From: Haplodiscus bocki
Taxonomy: Eukaryota
Reading direction: 5' to 3'
DNA length: 64,000 bases
Assembly (NCBI GenBank): GCA_965655095.1
Contig: OZ296653.1
Span: forward strand, 25,172,001-25,236,000
Each line of letters begins with the position of its first letter. Within the stretch, counting starts at the first letter, position 1. Position numbers and translations under genes: made by a program. Of the stretch, positions 39,301 to 54,300 are shown one piece after another. Under the pieces are notes generated by a model. The model was not told where the DNA came from and made no database searches. It saw only the letters and a list, made by a program, of their open reading frames with translations.

Positions 39301-42300
39301 CTTGCTGTAATTGTAATGGACAAGCTTTTTGCAAACATTTCATTTTCCAAAAAAAAGTTTTCATAACGTTCTAAAAGGGTCGGAACATTCTGTGCTCTAA
39401 ATAGTAAAGTAACCAACTTCATGGAAGTGGAATTTTATTCAAATGAAATAACACAACCTGAACAAAATGTTTAAGTACTAAAACGGGATTAAGTTTAACT
39501 TTAATTGATCGACACAATAGTTAATGAGACAGAAGAGATTTCAAACAACGACCATCATCCACAAATTCTACAAGGATCAACAATTGCTTAAAAAGGAAAC
39601 AGAAAGACACAAAGGATCCCACTCAAACAGAACCAAACATGTAGGCTTCTGAATGAAGCCCAAAAGCAGATGCAGTAAATTCTTTTAATTCGTATTCGGA
39701 AAATTTGCGTCTGCAATTTCGTACTATCCTCGTAGTCATTGAGACGGAAAAATTCGGAAACCGAAAAATTGCCAGCAAAAATAAGTATTTCTCAATAATT
39801 TAGGCATGATTTCTCGAAAAAAAAAACAAAATCAAGTTCGCTCGATAAACTATTTAACTAATTTTGTTGTTTATCAAAGTTTTCGAAAGAAAAAATAGAA
39901 AATTTTTCCTGTGTCTAGTTCGGGTTTGCAGAAAACTACGAAAAAAAGCACAACACCAAACCTTCAGATCTCGTTTCACCGCCGAAAGAACCGAAATCGG
40001 CAAACATCGATCATTCAAAACAACCCATTTTATTGATCAAAACAACGAAGGTACTTCAAAATCCGCGCAGTATTGCCTGTCAATCGTCAAAATTGGCAAC
40101 TCGAGAGTAGGGGCATTTCATCAACAGAAAATGGAAGCTGTCTTGAATTGTTCGATCAAAAATTTTCAATTTGATGTTCGAACCGTAGATTTCTGGTACC
40201 TTATTTCAAGATTGACAAGAGGAATTAGACCAAAGTAAAGCAGTTCTTACGCCTTTTTGACTGCTTCATCGACCATTTTGCGGAGCTCAATTCGTAGGTG
40301 CGTTGTTCAGCCTGCTAACAAAACGGTTCATTTCGACTTCCTACAACTGCTTTTGACGAAAAACTAAAATCCACAATTTTCCGTACAACCGAATCTTATC
40401 AGAGAAGCTGCACAAAAATGTGAAACTGAAATTGCGGTACAGGGTTGGCGTTTTAAACACTTTTAACGGAATTAAACAAAAAAAAAACATGTTTTAATTG
40501 AAAAAAAAAACATGTTTTTATTGTTTTTTATTTTCTAAGTCAAAACAAGTGGATTTGACCAATGTTTAATTACAAAATTACCGGTTTAGTTGCTGGTGCA
40601 AAAATGCCAGTTTTCCAGCTTTTGCAACTCCAAGACGCATACGAAGACAGCCGTAGGTTAAACCCAATCTTGAGAAGTGGCGCTCTAATCCAGACGAAGA
40701 AGCCACCGCCGAACCCAGAGAAACTGCCACTTTAATAAGTGACTCGCTGAAGCGCAAGCGTTTTCCGGATTTCCACCATGATATAGGGTCCACCTTAAGG
40801 TACGATCTCTCAAACAATGATGCCGAATATGTTGGTTCTTTGGCGATAAATTTAACAGTCTCTGGTATTAAATCATCAGCATTAAATCATCATCATGAGT
40901 ATTACTGAACCATTTAAATACTTCTTGGACCTTTAATAAAATGCCCTTTATTTCATGCGAGGAAATAAAATCTTTAGCAACCAGATTCGCTATATGAGCT
41001 TGGCACCCATACGCATGCATAATTGGGATGCCAGATTCTTTCTTTAACAGATATTGTTGACTGTTTCAATTTTTTGCTGCCGCTTGGCCCAGAATCAGTG
41101 GAATCAGTCGTATCAAGACAGGCGCGTTTTCGACAACTCTCCGCATGCTGTTTCATGCGGGCAACCAGCGAAACCATTTCAATGTTGCAAAGTTTACACT
41201 GAGCACCCGTTATACCATTTACAACGACTTCTGTAAATCGGTCCCACACAGCATCTCGTTGGCGAGGCACTGTACAAATTTAAAGCAAGCACAATCTTAA
41301 AGCAAGCACAATCTTAAAGCAAGCACAGTCTTAAAGCAAGACAGTCCATAAATAACTGCCACAATTTGCCAGCAATTCAAACAATGGACATTCATTAACT
41401 AGGGGAACACGAACAGCACACAGCTGTTGTCCGAGGGTTTTATTCACATAGCAATCATTCGCACGAGAAGCGTATTTCAAGGCTGGTAAGGCAGTGAGTT
41501 CTCTATACACTTGTTTAAAAAAACACGTGTTTTTTTTAAATTGTTTTAAACATGTTTTTTATCGATGTGTTTAAAACGTCTTGTTTTAAACATACCAACC
41601 CAGTTGCGGTATTCACTGAAATACCTGAATCTTTAAATTAATAAATGAATTTACATCAATTTTGTCACTTCCATCATGATTTTTCGTCTTTCCACATTTT
41701 TAGTCGGCGCTTTACAATTAAGTGAAAATGTCCGACTATTACAGCGGGTATTTTTTTACCGTGTAGTCAACAATAACGAAAAGTCGATTTCGTGCACACC
41801 CAAGACTGAAAATGGCCCAAAAAATCCCACACACTATGCGACGAAAGTGAGAAACGGCAAACTTTCCGTTCTTCACAAACTTCACAAAAAACCCCTTTAC
41901 AACTGTTGAAGAACAATTACCGTGCGGATTCACATTGAGCAGAGAATGGTCTCAATCTAAAAAATACTACTTGAAGAACAACTCTGAAAAAAACGCTAGC
42001 TGAAAACAGTCGCAATACAATTGGAAGTAAAAAGAGTTCATTTTTTAAAGCATCAAACAATGGAAACGGGAAAAAACTGATTTTTTGAAAATTCCCCATG
42101 TTGTGGCCTTTCGAATGAGCACAGGACGGCCGCAAAAGAATTGACGCTCTGCAACAAAGAGGTTTGCGGAAAAGTGCCCAACAAACATGTTCGAATTAAG
42201 ACACACTAAAAGAAACTTTGCGCGGAACGAAAAAGTATGTCACCTCATCTTCTCCGCATATTCCGTACCAAGTGCACTTTAGAACAAGCATCTTCTGGCC

Positions 42301-45300
42301 TCTGTATGGCGGCAATCCCATAGATCTTCGAGAAAAACAACTTCGATTGAAAGAAACAAGTAATAAACCATCCGATCCACGAAAAACTCATTCGTAGAGG
42401 AAGAACAATACGATTCTTCGCAGATACATATTGCGAGCTTTAGAAAGACTACTGGACGGTCGCGCCCTAGCAAGTAGACTTCAAAAACTTCGGAGAACAG
42501 ACGCATATAATAATTCTCCGATTCACGAATAGCAAATGAATATATTTCCTGAGAAAAATATGAAACGTAGGAAACATGACTTGCCTTCTTCCCGCAAAAT
42601 CTCCATATTGCGAGTTTCCAATGAAGACTGGCTGGCTTCAATCCAAACGGTAGTCTGCGAGGAAACAAATTCGAAAGACGGAATTACAGGTCAGCAAATT
42701 TCACCAAGATTTCAATTTCGAGACTTCAAATGACCCCTGGATGGCCGTAATTTTAACAAGTTGGACACAAAAACTTCGAATAAAACACAAGTAATCAATC
42801 TCCGACTCACGAATGGTAAATTAACATACTTCAAATTTCAAACATTGAGTATGAAACGTATGACTTGTGACATACCTGCATCCTGATAGAGTTCCCCTAT
42901 TGCGAATTTTTGAACGCAGTGGATGGCCACAGACCAGCACAGAGTTTGCGTGAAAAACAATTTTAGACACTTTTGAAAGTTATGCACAATTCGAAGTAAA
43001 AAAGATTTTTCACAAGACAGGTACGAAAGAAGCATACCAGCTTTCTCAAACATTCACAAAACTAAGGGTGTTGGAGCAAGCACCTGATCACCACAATCCG
43101 ATGAGTATGCGACAAGAACAAAGTTAAAAAAACGCACGTGTAAAAATTCTCCGACTCACGAATACCGACAAAAATATGTCTTGTGTGGTAAATTACGATA
43201 CACCGCATATTTTTTGCACCGATTCTCCAGAATGCGAGCTTTCAAAAGAGCATTTGACGGCCGCAACCCAAGTAGTTTGTAGGGAAAAGCATCGGAAAAG
43301 TCCGTTGAAACACTTTCGAATTTCATAGTAAAAGTGAAGATATTTCGCAAAACAAGTATGAACAGGGAAACTTCTTCGCATATTGTTTTTGAGCTTTCGA
43401 ATGAGCATTACATGGCGACGATGCAACCAGCAAGCAATCTTCCAAAAAAGCGGCGCGAGTGAACAAAACTGAGCTCAAAGGACAAGTCAAGATAATTCCG
43501 GTGAAAAACAAGAAACGAGTCATCCGGTTTACGCCGAAGATGCTCCATATTTTTGGATTTCAAACGAGCACTGATTACAGCTAGTTGTCTTTGTGAAAAA
43601 TTGAAAAGATCAGGAATTTCAAAATTCAAACAAGGATATTTTGCTAGAGAAGTACGCCATGGGACAGCCAATGGTACTCTGTAGAATCCCCATATTTCGG
43701 GTGTTTGAATGCAAAATGGACGTTCGCAATTGGAGGAAAAATCATCTGCTAGGATGATGATAAGGATTATGCAGTCAAAAATCAGGCAATTAGCCGACAT
43801 CCGAAAATCCAACAATACAGATCTGACAGGTCACTTACCACTGGTTAACTTACTTTTCCTTACTTCATTCGCCACGCGTGCGAAAGAAGCCCGCTTAGAA
43901 AGTAAGCGAGGTCGAACTTCCGCCAAACTTCAACCAGCGTATTATTGAATAGCTCAGCAAGCGACGCGATTACTGAAAGGATCGGAAAAGTGGTTAACAA
44001 TCCTATTCCAAAACACTTCCTAGTCGCAAGTGTCACGCTGAAGCGAGGCTTCGCTTCATAATACTTTTGAGACAAAAAGTGGTTCCCAGCAGACAATTAA
44101 GACATCTTCGGGTGTCGTATTTAGACAGATACCAACAGCATGTCAAAAAATTGAATCTCAAATTAGTTGGCATTGAAGTCAAAAGATGTCCTTTCTTGGA
44201 TGCGATTTTATACTCAGCCTTCATTCGATACAGGACACAATGGCTTCGACGTCAACAACACTTTCCGGGAAGACCTTATTTGACAAGAGAGGCACGAATA
44301 TATGAAAAAAATCGTACGGGAACCCTTCTGTGTTTCAGAAAAATTCTGGTATGCAAAAAATTATGGATTAGAGGAGGGGTATCGCGTTTTTCCGTCGGAA
44401 TTTTTTTGTTTCACCGAAAACAAATGTAGGGGAACCGTTTTGTGCATCAGAAAAATTCTGGTATGTAAAAAAGTTACGGATAAGAGAGGGGGGAGGGGGT
44501 ATCACGTTTTCTTGTCTATATCGTTGGTATTAGGAATCAAAGCTGACTTTTGTATCAAAATATAAACACCTCTAAAAAATTTTTGTCTGATAAAAAGCGG
44601 TATCATATCCTTTAATTGCCATTTTAGTTGATTTGTCAGAAATGCTATTTCAGTTATCTCAAATCATGCCTTTTCTTTAGATCAGAGAGGAACAGTAGCC
44701 AACTCTTTAACTTCAGTCTAATTAGAAGACCTATCAACCAAAATCTAAAAAAGAGCAATAATGAGAATTTTCAAACTCTCTCGACGGAGATTTGATTAAT
44801 CCGTTGCCATTTTTGGCGCTGCTACTGAATAATAGCTTAGAAGTCGAAGCATTGATTTTGGATCAAACGTTCGGTCCAAGATTCGAATACTGAACTAGAA
44901 TATTTGTAGCACTTTAAAAAGGCACTGCCCAAAACAGGCCCAGAGTGGTCAGGAGAGACAAAATGAACACAACGTCGTCCGCGTTTACTCACTTAGTTTT
45001 TTCAATCAAACTTCCAAGCATCTTCTAATTTCGAATTCTTCTCCAAGCTTCATCTTTGAACTATTCTGTATTTACTAGGAAGAACAGATAGCACCGCAAT
45101 CAATGTCAACTGCAAATTCAATCTTCGCGACATACCACTCGTAGAAAATTTTTTTTCGGAAACCCGGAACCATGTCAAATAAAAAGAAGAAGCTCCGAAA
45201 CTTGCACAAAATTTGTATCTAACCAAAATTTTTCAAAAACCAAGCTACTTTCAGCTAATCTAACATTCAACAAGTCGGCCCTGTCCATATGGCTCAACAT

Positions 45301-48300
45301 ATGTAAGGGTTTTCGGTACGAATCACGAAAATTTCCCCGAAAATCTGGAAAAATTCGTATTGGGATTTTTGTATTCTTGTACGTAATATATTACGCTTTG
45401 AGTTGTCCTTTCCAGGACGGCCGACGTTTAGGACCCCAATACTGAACTATATTATCTTTGTAGAATTTTGTCCATTTCGGAGGCCTTAAAAGAAAAAAAC
45501 ACTGTAATAGTCGGCCATTTTTCCTTCTAAAAAGCGTTGACTAAGAAATGGGGTTATATACAAAAACTGGGAAAACTAAGCCCCACTCATCCAATTTACA
45601 CCTTCACTTGTAAAAATCGCCCACAGTTTAAGAATTTTGTTCAAGAATTATAAATTCCAACATCAACTATTTTCGAAAGTTAAGCCAAAGTATTTTTTTT
45701 CTATTCTTTAGTCCAAAAAATCAACTTTAGCGTTCTGTCCTGATTTATTGCTGAGCCATGTGGCAACTAATGTTAAATTAATGCTATTGAAATTCTTTTC
45801 AAAACTTTTTTGACAAATCAAATAAAAGCAAATTGATTGTGGAAAACCAATGATTTTTTAAAGGGCATAAGCTCAAAAGTCAGACTGGTAGGCTCTGTTC
45901 TGAAAGCATTATTGATCCATCTCATAGACGCGTGCGATTGATTAATTGATCTGAAATTAGGGAATAACAAAAAGCCAAGAGGACGTACATCGATTCCTTC
46001 AGCTGGAAACAAAGCCACTGCCACCACTACTACAGATGCAGCACACAATTAATCTGTTCTCACACAAAAAGCAGATAGATAGTATGAGCATATAGTATGA
46101 GCTTACAAAAAGCGGCAACCAATACAAGACAATAGGATACTTTTAAACTATACTTCTTATACCTCCTATTCTAAGGGACAGCAATTACGGCGACAGACAT
46201 CTCTCATGCCCACGATCAATGATGAATGGATTCTTGGATGCACCACCGGTGGTACAAGAGATACCTAATACCACGTGACACCGTTACAACCAATCATAAC
46301 ATAGCATCTAATACATGCGCATCTGCTCATTCGATCCTTTCCTAATTTCAGTCTTGGAAAGACATCGAACACAGACAGTTCGCTCGGAGGGCTCCGCTCC
46401 CAAATCGATATTTACTCGAACAGGTGTCGCACAAATTTCAAGAAGAACATTTTACAGAGTTATTGAAATATTAATATCAAGTTGAATATGTGAATGAGAG
46501 GTAAAATATCGAAAATGTCAGTGTGGAGCCTCTTTGTTGGGCTCTCGTTAATTCATAATCAGTCAGCAACAAGCACACAATGCAAAAACAGCGAGTTTTT
46601 CAAGAATTCAAAAAGTCACCTTTTGTTATTTTTGCTCCGACACGACGACTGCCCCAAACGACGACTGCTTCTGAGAAGATAATTGCTCTAGCTAGCACAG
46701 ATACATTTTTAATTCGCGAAAAAGAAACAAAAACAACACTCTTGTACTGAAGAAGCAGAACACAAAACAGCGAAAATTTCTTTTGAATGAGAAAAAAACA
46801 TTGAATGAGAAAAAAGAGATTTAGATCAAAATCACTAATCACCAAGCTGAAAATTTCACAGCGAGAGATTAAAGAAGAATTAACATCACCAAAAATTAAT
46901 TTTTGTCATAGTTTTCATTGTGGTTTTAAAAAATTGTAACAAACATGAAAAACTGATGAGACCAGGAGCCCACAGCAAATTTCTTGGTAATTCAGACAAC
47001 TGGCGTCTATGCACTATAAACCAAAAACCGCAAGAACTTGAATGACCATGTGTTAGTCCCCACTTCAACAGATGTGCCAGCAAATGAAAGCCAATTAGGT
47101 GTTCCACAACATTTCAGTAACTGAAAAACTTTGAGATGTGATGATGTCTGTGGAGCCTAATAACTTCAAAAAGAAATTAAAAACTGTATCGAGATTTTTT
47201 CGAACTAAAAAGATCAAATTAACAGGAATTGTAGAAACTGAAGTTCTCAATTACTGCAACCGAACGTTATTCATCATTGGTACCATATCTTCAAATTGGC
47301 CAAATAATTTCAAGATGATTTATTTCCCAGACCCGCATTTTAACTTCTCTCTTTCCTCTCTGACATTCTAACTAGACACCCGGTTGCCGCCGGGACATTT
47401 TCCGCCCTCCACCTTTGAAAGAAAATGCGTTTTTTAGCAAAACTACCCCTCTATTTGCGTTCTAAATCACATTCGATACTTTTACCCCATTTTAAAAACA
47501 ATCCGATTTTTCAAAACCCCTTTTCAAAAATTAGTTTTCTTTTCCAGAAAAAAATCAATTTTTTTTCAGTACAAACCCTATTAGTTGACTCGCTTGTACG
47601 GCAAATTTTCTTTAATTTGGTCAAAAAAATCATAAATCGAAATGAAAAAAAAACATTTCGAACCCATAATCTCCCGCAATCGTACAATTCGCATTTCAAA
47701 AACCAATTTTTCTGTCGCAAAAGAAGCATTTTAAGAAAAGTTTACCATTTTATTTACAGCCATAAAGCCACCCTTCCCAGATTATGAAGGGAAAAATTGA
47801 GTTTTTTTAAACAATTTTTTCAAAAAAGACCTATTTTCGAATGTTTTCAAGACAAGACACGAGTCGAACCTGAAATTCGCAACACATTGGAACTTGTTAG
47901 TTGAGATCACGGATGCCGGAAGGCATTTGAAACCATGAGCGGACAAGCGACTGGAAATTGTAGAAATACTATCCTGGCTGTCAATAACGATTTTGTTCGA
48001 AAAAGTCCAATTGACATACGTACATGTCACACTCTCTCATATTCAACAAATTAATATCAATCAGAAACGACAAAAAACGAAAACAAAAGTTCGCAAAACA
48101 GTCAAAAGCTGACCTTCCAATCAACTTTACAAGAACACTAGGCTTCCACCGTTTGAATAAGTGCTGCATAGCATAGGTCCCATTTGACCAGCATTTATTG
48201 AAAAACAATTTTAACGCACAGCAGAAGCAAAAAGAGTCTAAAGGCTTCAATATTTTCAAATATGAGTCAAAATTTTCCGCAATGATATATTAAAAAAAGA

Positions 48301-51300
48301 CTCTCAGAGATATTCCGCAGAAACTCAACTCTGCATGTAATTGAATCAAGGCTGCAATGACCCAATTCGACCAAGAGTCAGAATGAAAAACACTTTCAAA
48401 GAACAACGCAATTAGAAACATTTTTAATTTTTCAATCAACTTCTCAAGGATGTTCAAAAACAGACTATTCTTGCAACTCAACAAAAAACACAGAGGAAAA
48501 AGTTCGAAAAAAACGACGCCAATTTTCCACTGGCTGAAATTAACACTTTTAACTAACAACGAAAGTAAAAAATGAACATCGACTTTAGAATTTCTAATCA
48601 AGATTTTTCGCACAGATGTCCGACACGAGCGATCACGAATAGCTCAAAAATCTGTTGAATTGAAATGAAACCAAACGGCTGGCCAACGCACGAATATTTT
48701 CCGCCCTCTCAAATTGCCAAAGATACTTGTCACAAGAATGAAAGCGTTTTTCCAAAAAAACTCTCCAGCAAAATTTGATAATTTTTCCTAACTTAAAAAT
48801 TTTCTGAATTCTCCATAGAACCATCAATTCAGGTTGAAAAAAGACATTTCAATGAAATAGTATCATTTTATACACATCCTACAGCAAAACTGCCACGTTT
48901 ATCAATTATCAATGTTGAAGAAATTCAAGCTTTTCTAAAAGAGCCATTGATTTCCCTTCAAAAATATTCTTCGTACGATTTGAGAAATCTAAAGACGTCA
49001 GTACAACTCGACAACAAATTTTCTATAACTTGGTGACAGAAAAAACTTGAATTCATTGGAAACTTTCGATCAGACATTATCAATTGGCAACTAATCCTAC
49101 AAAAAAAACGTTCGCGTTGAGTGAATGAATTTCCTTCCATACTATTTATGGGCGGAAAAGAATAAAAACTATTGAAACGAAAGAAGCAAGCCTGAACACC
49201 AACGTCAATTAAAGGCCCAAAATGAACGAAATCTGTTCTGCTGCAACTTTGTCGGATTAGTCGCAATCTGCAGTTATGTACAGGCGGAAAAGTGACGGCT
49301 TATCCAGATTCCAAAACGCTGTCTTATCACAGATGTAGCAGAGAGGGGCAGCTATGCTTCACGATTACTGGCGACACACAACAGACCTCCTGCTGAGTTA
49401 TCGGAACAATTAGGACGCAATGGTCAAACCAAAACTAACGAAAGCCAGCAAGATTGACATTTAACTTATTGAGCATTAAACTAAAGGAAGCTACCCTGTC
49501 AGTGGATGAAACTTTCGATTTTTGGTCGGACGCACATTAACCAACATGTAATCATTAGTCACCGAGAAGTTTTGACAAATATAGCATCATATTCCAAGAA
49601 AAACTTGGACGAAAAAAAAGCACTCGTCCAATCTTAAGAACACATGTCAAGATTTTTGATTGGACGAGAGCAATGAGCACACACTATGGCACGCTGCAAA
49701 ACCTCTAAGTACTAGTAGTCGACGAAAAGCTACATGGACAAATGCGATGATGATGAGTATTCAAGAGAAATGCTTCTGAAGAAAAACCAAAGTAAAAGTT
49801 CCCTAGATGTGTCGCTTACAAGCCAAAGTATTTTGCTATTTTTCAAGAGTCAGACCATCTCGGCTCCACATGGAGTTCTCTGGCAGCAACTCGTTTATTT
49901 AGCCATGAAGTGACAACATCTGAACAGTAGTAATAAAAACACTTGCGACGACAGACAAGTACAACCGTCATCAATTGTTCAAACAAAAGCCAACAACGTT
50001 CGCGGTAGAAGCAGAAAAAAGAGCATCCGAGCTTTTTACCAAAAGTTCCGGCAGCGAGTAGTTGAGTCAGCACTGGATGGACCCAATCGGACCAATATTC
50101 AAGAGGGAAAACATTCAACGAACGAGAAAATATATCCACCCAAAGCGAAAAGGAACTCTGAAAATTTTTGGGAGGACAATAGTGTCCCCTTTAACCATTA
50201 TATCATTTTCCTGCCAATTAGGATAAAAGAATTCAAAATAACCCAGGCTTTTCACTTTTAAAAGCAGAAAAACTGGGAAGCACGAAAAAAACTCTTCTCT
50301 TCTGCGCGCTCTCACCGCTACTATGATGGTCCGTATGGTCCCTCCTGTACTCCCAGGCACCTTTGCTGAAAAAATCAAAACTTTCAAATGTAGCACAAAG
50401 ATCCTATTTTTCGACGAGTTCGCAAATTGTCGTACAAAAAGCGTCAAAAAAACAAAAGCGAAGTGACATTTGAAAAACTTCGTGAATAGGAAACTGTCCG
50501 GAGACATAACAAATAACGATTTTTCGAAGTCTTAAAACTAATCATGAAAAGTTCATTCGGAGCTCCACAACAGATTATCTCAAATGGTCAAAAGCTGGAG
50601 AAACCGATGTCAGCGTAATCCGTAAGGCTCCAGATAGTTTTTCGTAATTCTGACTTGTTTGCGCTTTTCCAAAAAATTCAATCTACATAGGGAGGTACAG
50701 CCACCCTACATTTGTTTGCGCTTTTCCAAAAAATTCAATCAACATAGGGAGGTACAGCCACCCTACATTTTTCCGACATCATTAGGACAGCAAAATTGCC
50801 GGAAACGGAGGGTGACGGCCAACCAACAGTTGGCCTGAGTTGCTTTGTCTGTTTTTCAACAAGGAAGCGTCAAAGATTAATTATTTTCCCGAAAACAAAC
50901 ATGAAAAAAAAGATGGCCTTTGATTCAAAAAAAGGCTTCCCGATATTTTTCGGCATAGGAAACGGTGATGACGCATTTTTGTACCAAAATAAAATGCCTG
51001 AAAAACCTCAAAAAATGTATGAGAGCTCTTTTCCGTTGAGAGATAAATGGTCTCGAGAAATTTAGTTACACTTAAGGGGGTCTCAATTACTTCTGTCATT
51101 AAATTTTTCTCATATTGTGCAAGAGGACACTTTGACCGTATTTTGCATTATTTCTGGTAAAAAACAACCTGAACAGAAAATCCCGAAATGTTGTGGAAGA
51201 AGTTCCTCGACTCGAAAGACGTTCGTTCATTTTACAGGGGAAAATATTGGTACTTTGGCCATACGCTTCAGCCCCAATGGACCTACCCAATTTTCCGAGA

Positions 51301-54300
51301 TTCCAAAAAATGAGATGAAAAACTCAAAGTCAAATATCTCCTCAACTACTTCTTTCTGGGAGTTGAAGAAAAGCGCATTTTAAACGTCTAATTGTGAGCT
51401 TTCAATTTAATCCGATGAGCCGCTGTCGTCGTGCGTCCCCCAATCATCAAGATCTGTTTCTTTTTCAGGCACTTTCGGCCATCGCTGCAACAACGACCTG
51501 CTATTGGCTTTGTACGCACAAAGTATGAGTATACGGCCATTCAAGGTTGGATTGCCTGCTCATACGCGGCAAGGATTTTGAAGAAAAATGTATTTTGTTA
51601 TGAAGTGAGAAAATTAGAAACTTTCTGGACGAAAAAGCAGAGAGAAACATTTGAAATGATAATTTAATCTTGATCAGGATTACTAACAGGAATAAATCAT
51701 CGTATCGCTTTCATTTTGAAAAAGTTGATGGCAGTGCTGAAACATCAAGTTCGGCAACGGTTATCACCTTGAACATAATTCAGTCTGATGCCTAGTCTTG
51801 AAACTCAATTGGAAGGAAAATAAAAGTTTCGGAAATTTCGCGAAATCAGCTAGTTTCACCGACTCCAAAACATTAAGAATCACGTCTTACTTGCACCAGG
51901 CCCAATTTCTGATGAAAAATTCACCAATTAAATTCTACCGCATCGATTTCAATTGCACTTGTAGCTATATAACAGTATCTAAAAGCAGGAGAGCGAAGAT
52001 ATCATTTCTACTAAACTTATCTAGATTTGAGATTCTGCATTGTATTAGTTCTGACAGTTGCTTAAAAATTTGATACGAAAGGCAAAGATTCCAAAAAAAT
52101 GGATGAGTAAAAAATTAGCTTTTTAAGCTAAATTCGAAACAGTAAAAACATCACGCCCTGACGAAACATTCAAAATTTTGAAAACAAAAGGAATCAGCGT
52201 TTTGTAATGATTTCTGCTGGTTTCGAAGGTGGGAAGAAAGCTCGCAAGGCAAAAACAAAGAATCGGGAAAAATACCCATCTTGGCTGTTTTTGTACAATA
52301 GAAGAACATTGCCTAAACAATAAGTTTTAAAACTATACGTTCGTATTACATTTATCTAATTTTGCGACAAAACGTTGATTTCTTCTAAATGCATAATGAA
52401 AGCGACCAAAATTCCGATTATACAAGGGTCTACTAGTCCGATTCTACGTTTTGAACAGTTTGCAGTTTATCGATTCTTCAGGAATCAACAAACTTCAGGC
52501 GCGAGGAGTGATCACCACTTTCGAAAAAGTAGGAAATAGGATGCTAAGTAACGTGACAAAAATAAAGACTTGAAAATTTGAGTGTAAGCTCCGACTACCA
52601 AAAGTACTTGATATCTACGTGTGCAGTGACGCTCGCTCCAGCTTAGGGATGGCTAGAAAAAAAACTGAAAAATTAAGCAGAAACAAGCAGGTACCTTGCC
52701 GTTTCACTAAAGCGATCAATCTTCCCCCAGTCGGTCAATCACGAAGAACTTTGCGAAGCCTAAAAAGCCATGAAAAGATCAGGCTTATTATCTGGTATAA
52801 CATTTGCTTGCCAAGTCAATCGGATCAAGAATTTGATTCACTACCAATCCTTTCTGCCAGCCCGGCAGATTAAAGTTTAAATCTAACCAAATTTTTTTGG
52901 GCTTCGGAGTCACGGTTATCACACTGAATGAGAGAGTGAATAAATGAAGACGACTTGATACATTCAATCATTTTCTTCATTCGGTATGATCATCATGACG
53001 CCATAGCTCGAACACTATATCATTGTCGCTTTTCTGTTTGCTCGCTATTTTCACTTGCTTGCTTCGTTTCTCGAACAAAGAGCTCAGTTCGTTAGAACGC
53101 CGGTCGAGAAATTAGAAGAAAAAAGCTTATACTGTTGTCTTAACCATGGACTTCTGGATTTGGAAAAGTTTTCGTTATACTCAAGAGGCCACTGTGACAA
53201 TATACAGTCAAGAAACCGTCTTTGCTCAAACTATGCTTTAGCAGTGAGGCTGAAGAAAAGCAGACCCTGCAATAGTAGGGCAATGTTTATTCTATACAAC
53301 CGCCGATTAAAAACTTATAGAGTCTACAACTTTGAAGACCACGCAAGAGAATCCTACACGAAAGCGAGTGGAGAAAAAAGAAGTGAAAGACTTGCGGATG
53401 CATTTTTATCAGCCTTCAAAGTCTTCTCCTGGAATCAATTTTTCTCCGGATTAAAGGAGTGCTATAAAAAATACACCATTAGTCTCATCGCCGTGCCGAA
53501 TTGCTATTAACGATACGTCTTCAACTTCGGTAAATGAACTCAGCGTCCGTACAAATTTGAGAAATGACCATTTTTTGTTTATTAAAATTGCTTATCAACA
53601 AATATTGCTTATTAAGAGAATAATTGGCTCACTTTTAGCAGAGAACGAATCTACCCACACTATATTGGTATTTGTAATCTATATTGCTGCAATATGGACA
53701 TCGTACGAGAAATGGCGAAAAGAGTCGATGCTCAAAAAATTTGTTCTCAGGGCATTCTTTCACAAAAGAATCGTTTTTAAAAAACGTTTCCATCAACGTT
53801 CGCAACGCTTTTCAGATTTTTTTCAAGGTATAAAAGTTCTTCAAATTTGACAATGCAGAACACATGTTTAAAGCACAAGAAAGTAAAAGCAAGATTCTTG
53901 AACCCAACAATTGGAACTTAAATGTGTCTAGATATCAAAAACTAAACCTTACCCGCAGAACAACGCGGATGGCTGACGTGATAACGTCCGTTGCTCTATG
54001 AAATTGATAACTGATATTAATGTTGACAGCATGACAGCTGAGGGCCCAATAGTCTCACACGCGAGAAAAATAATCTGAGGCGAAACGAAAAACTACAAGA
54101 TGATCGCGTGCAATTTAGTTACTTTAGCAAATGGGAATTGTACAGCATCAAGGACGAGATAAAAACAGTTATTACACCATTACAAGGACAGTTCCGTTGA
54201 GAGGCTTGCTATTATTTTATAACCTTATTGAAGAACGTTGGGCAAGGAAAGAGTTGTGCAATTTTTGAGGAGTTGGAGCGACGAAGGTTGCTGATGTTGC

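Noticed and set aside
42050-43750. CRISPR-like array
   Set aside because: Eukaryotic context, repeats highly degenerate, spacers mutually similar, no cas genes.
50300-50325. GCGCTCTCACCGC resembling a tRNA-Glu anticodon arm
   Set aside because: No D or T arm or acceptor stem around it; lies in a dispersed repeat.
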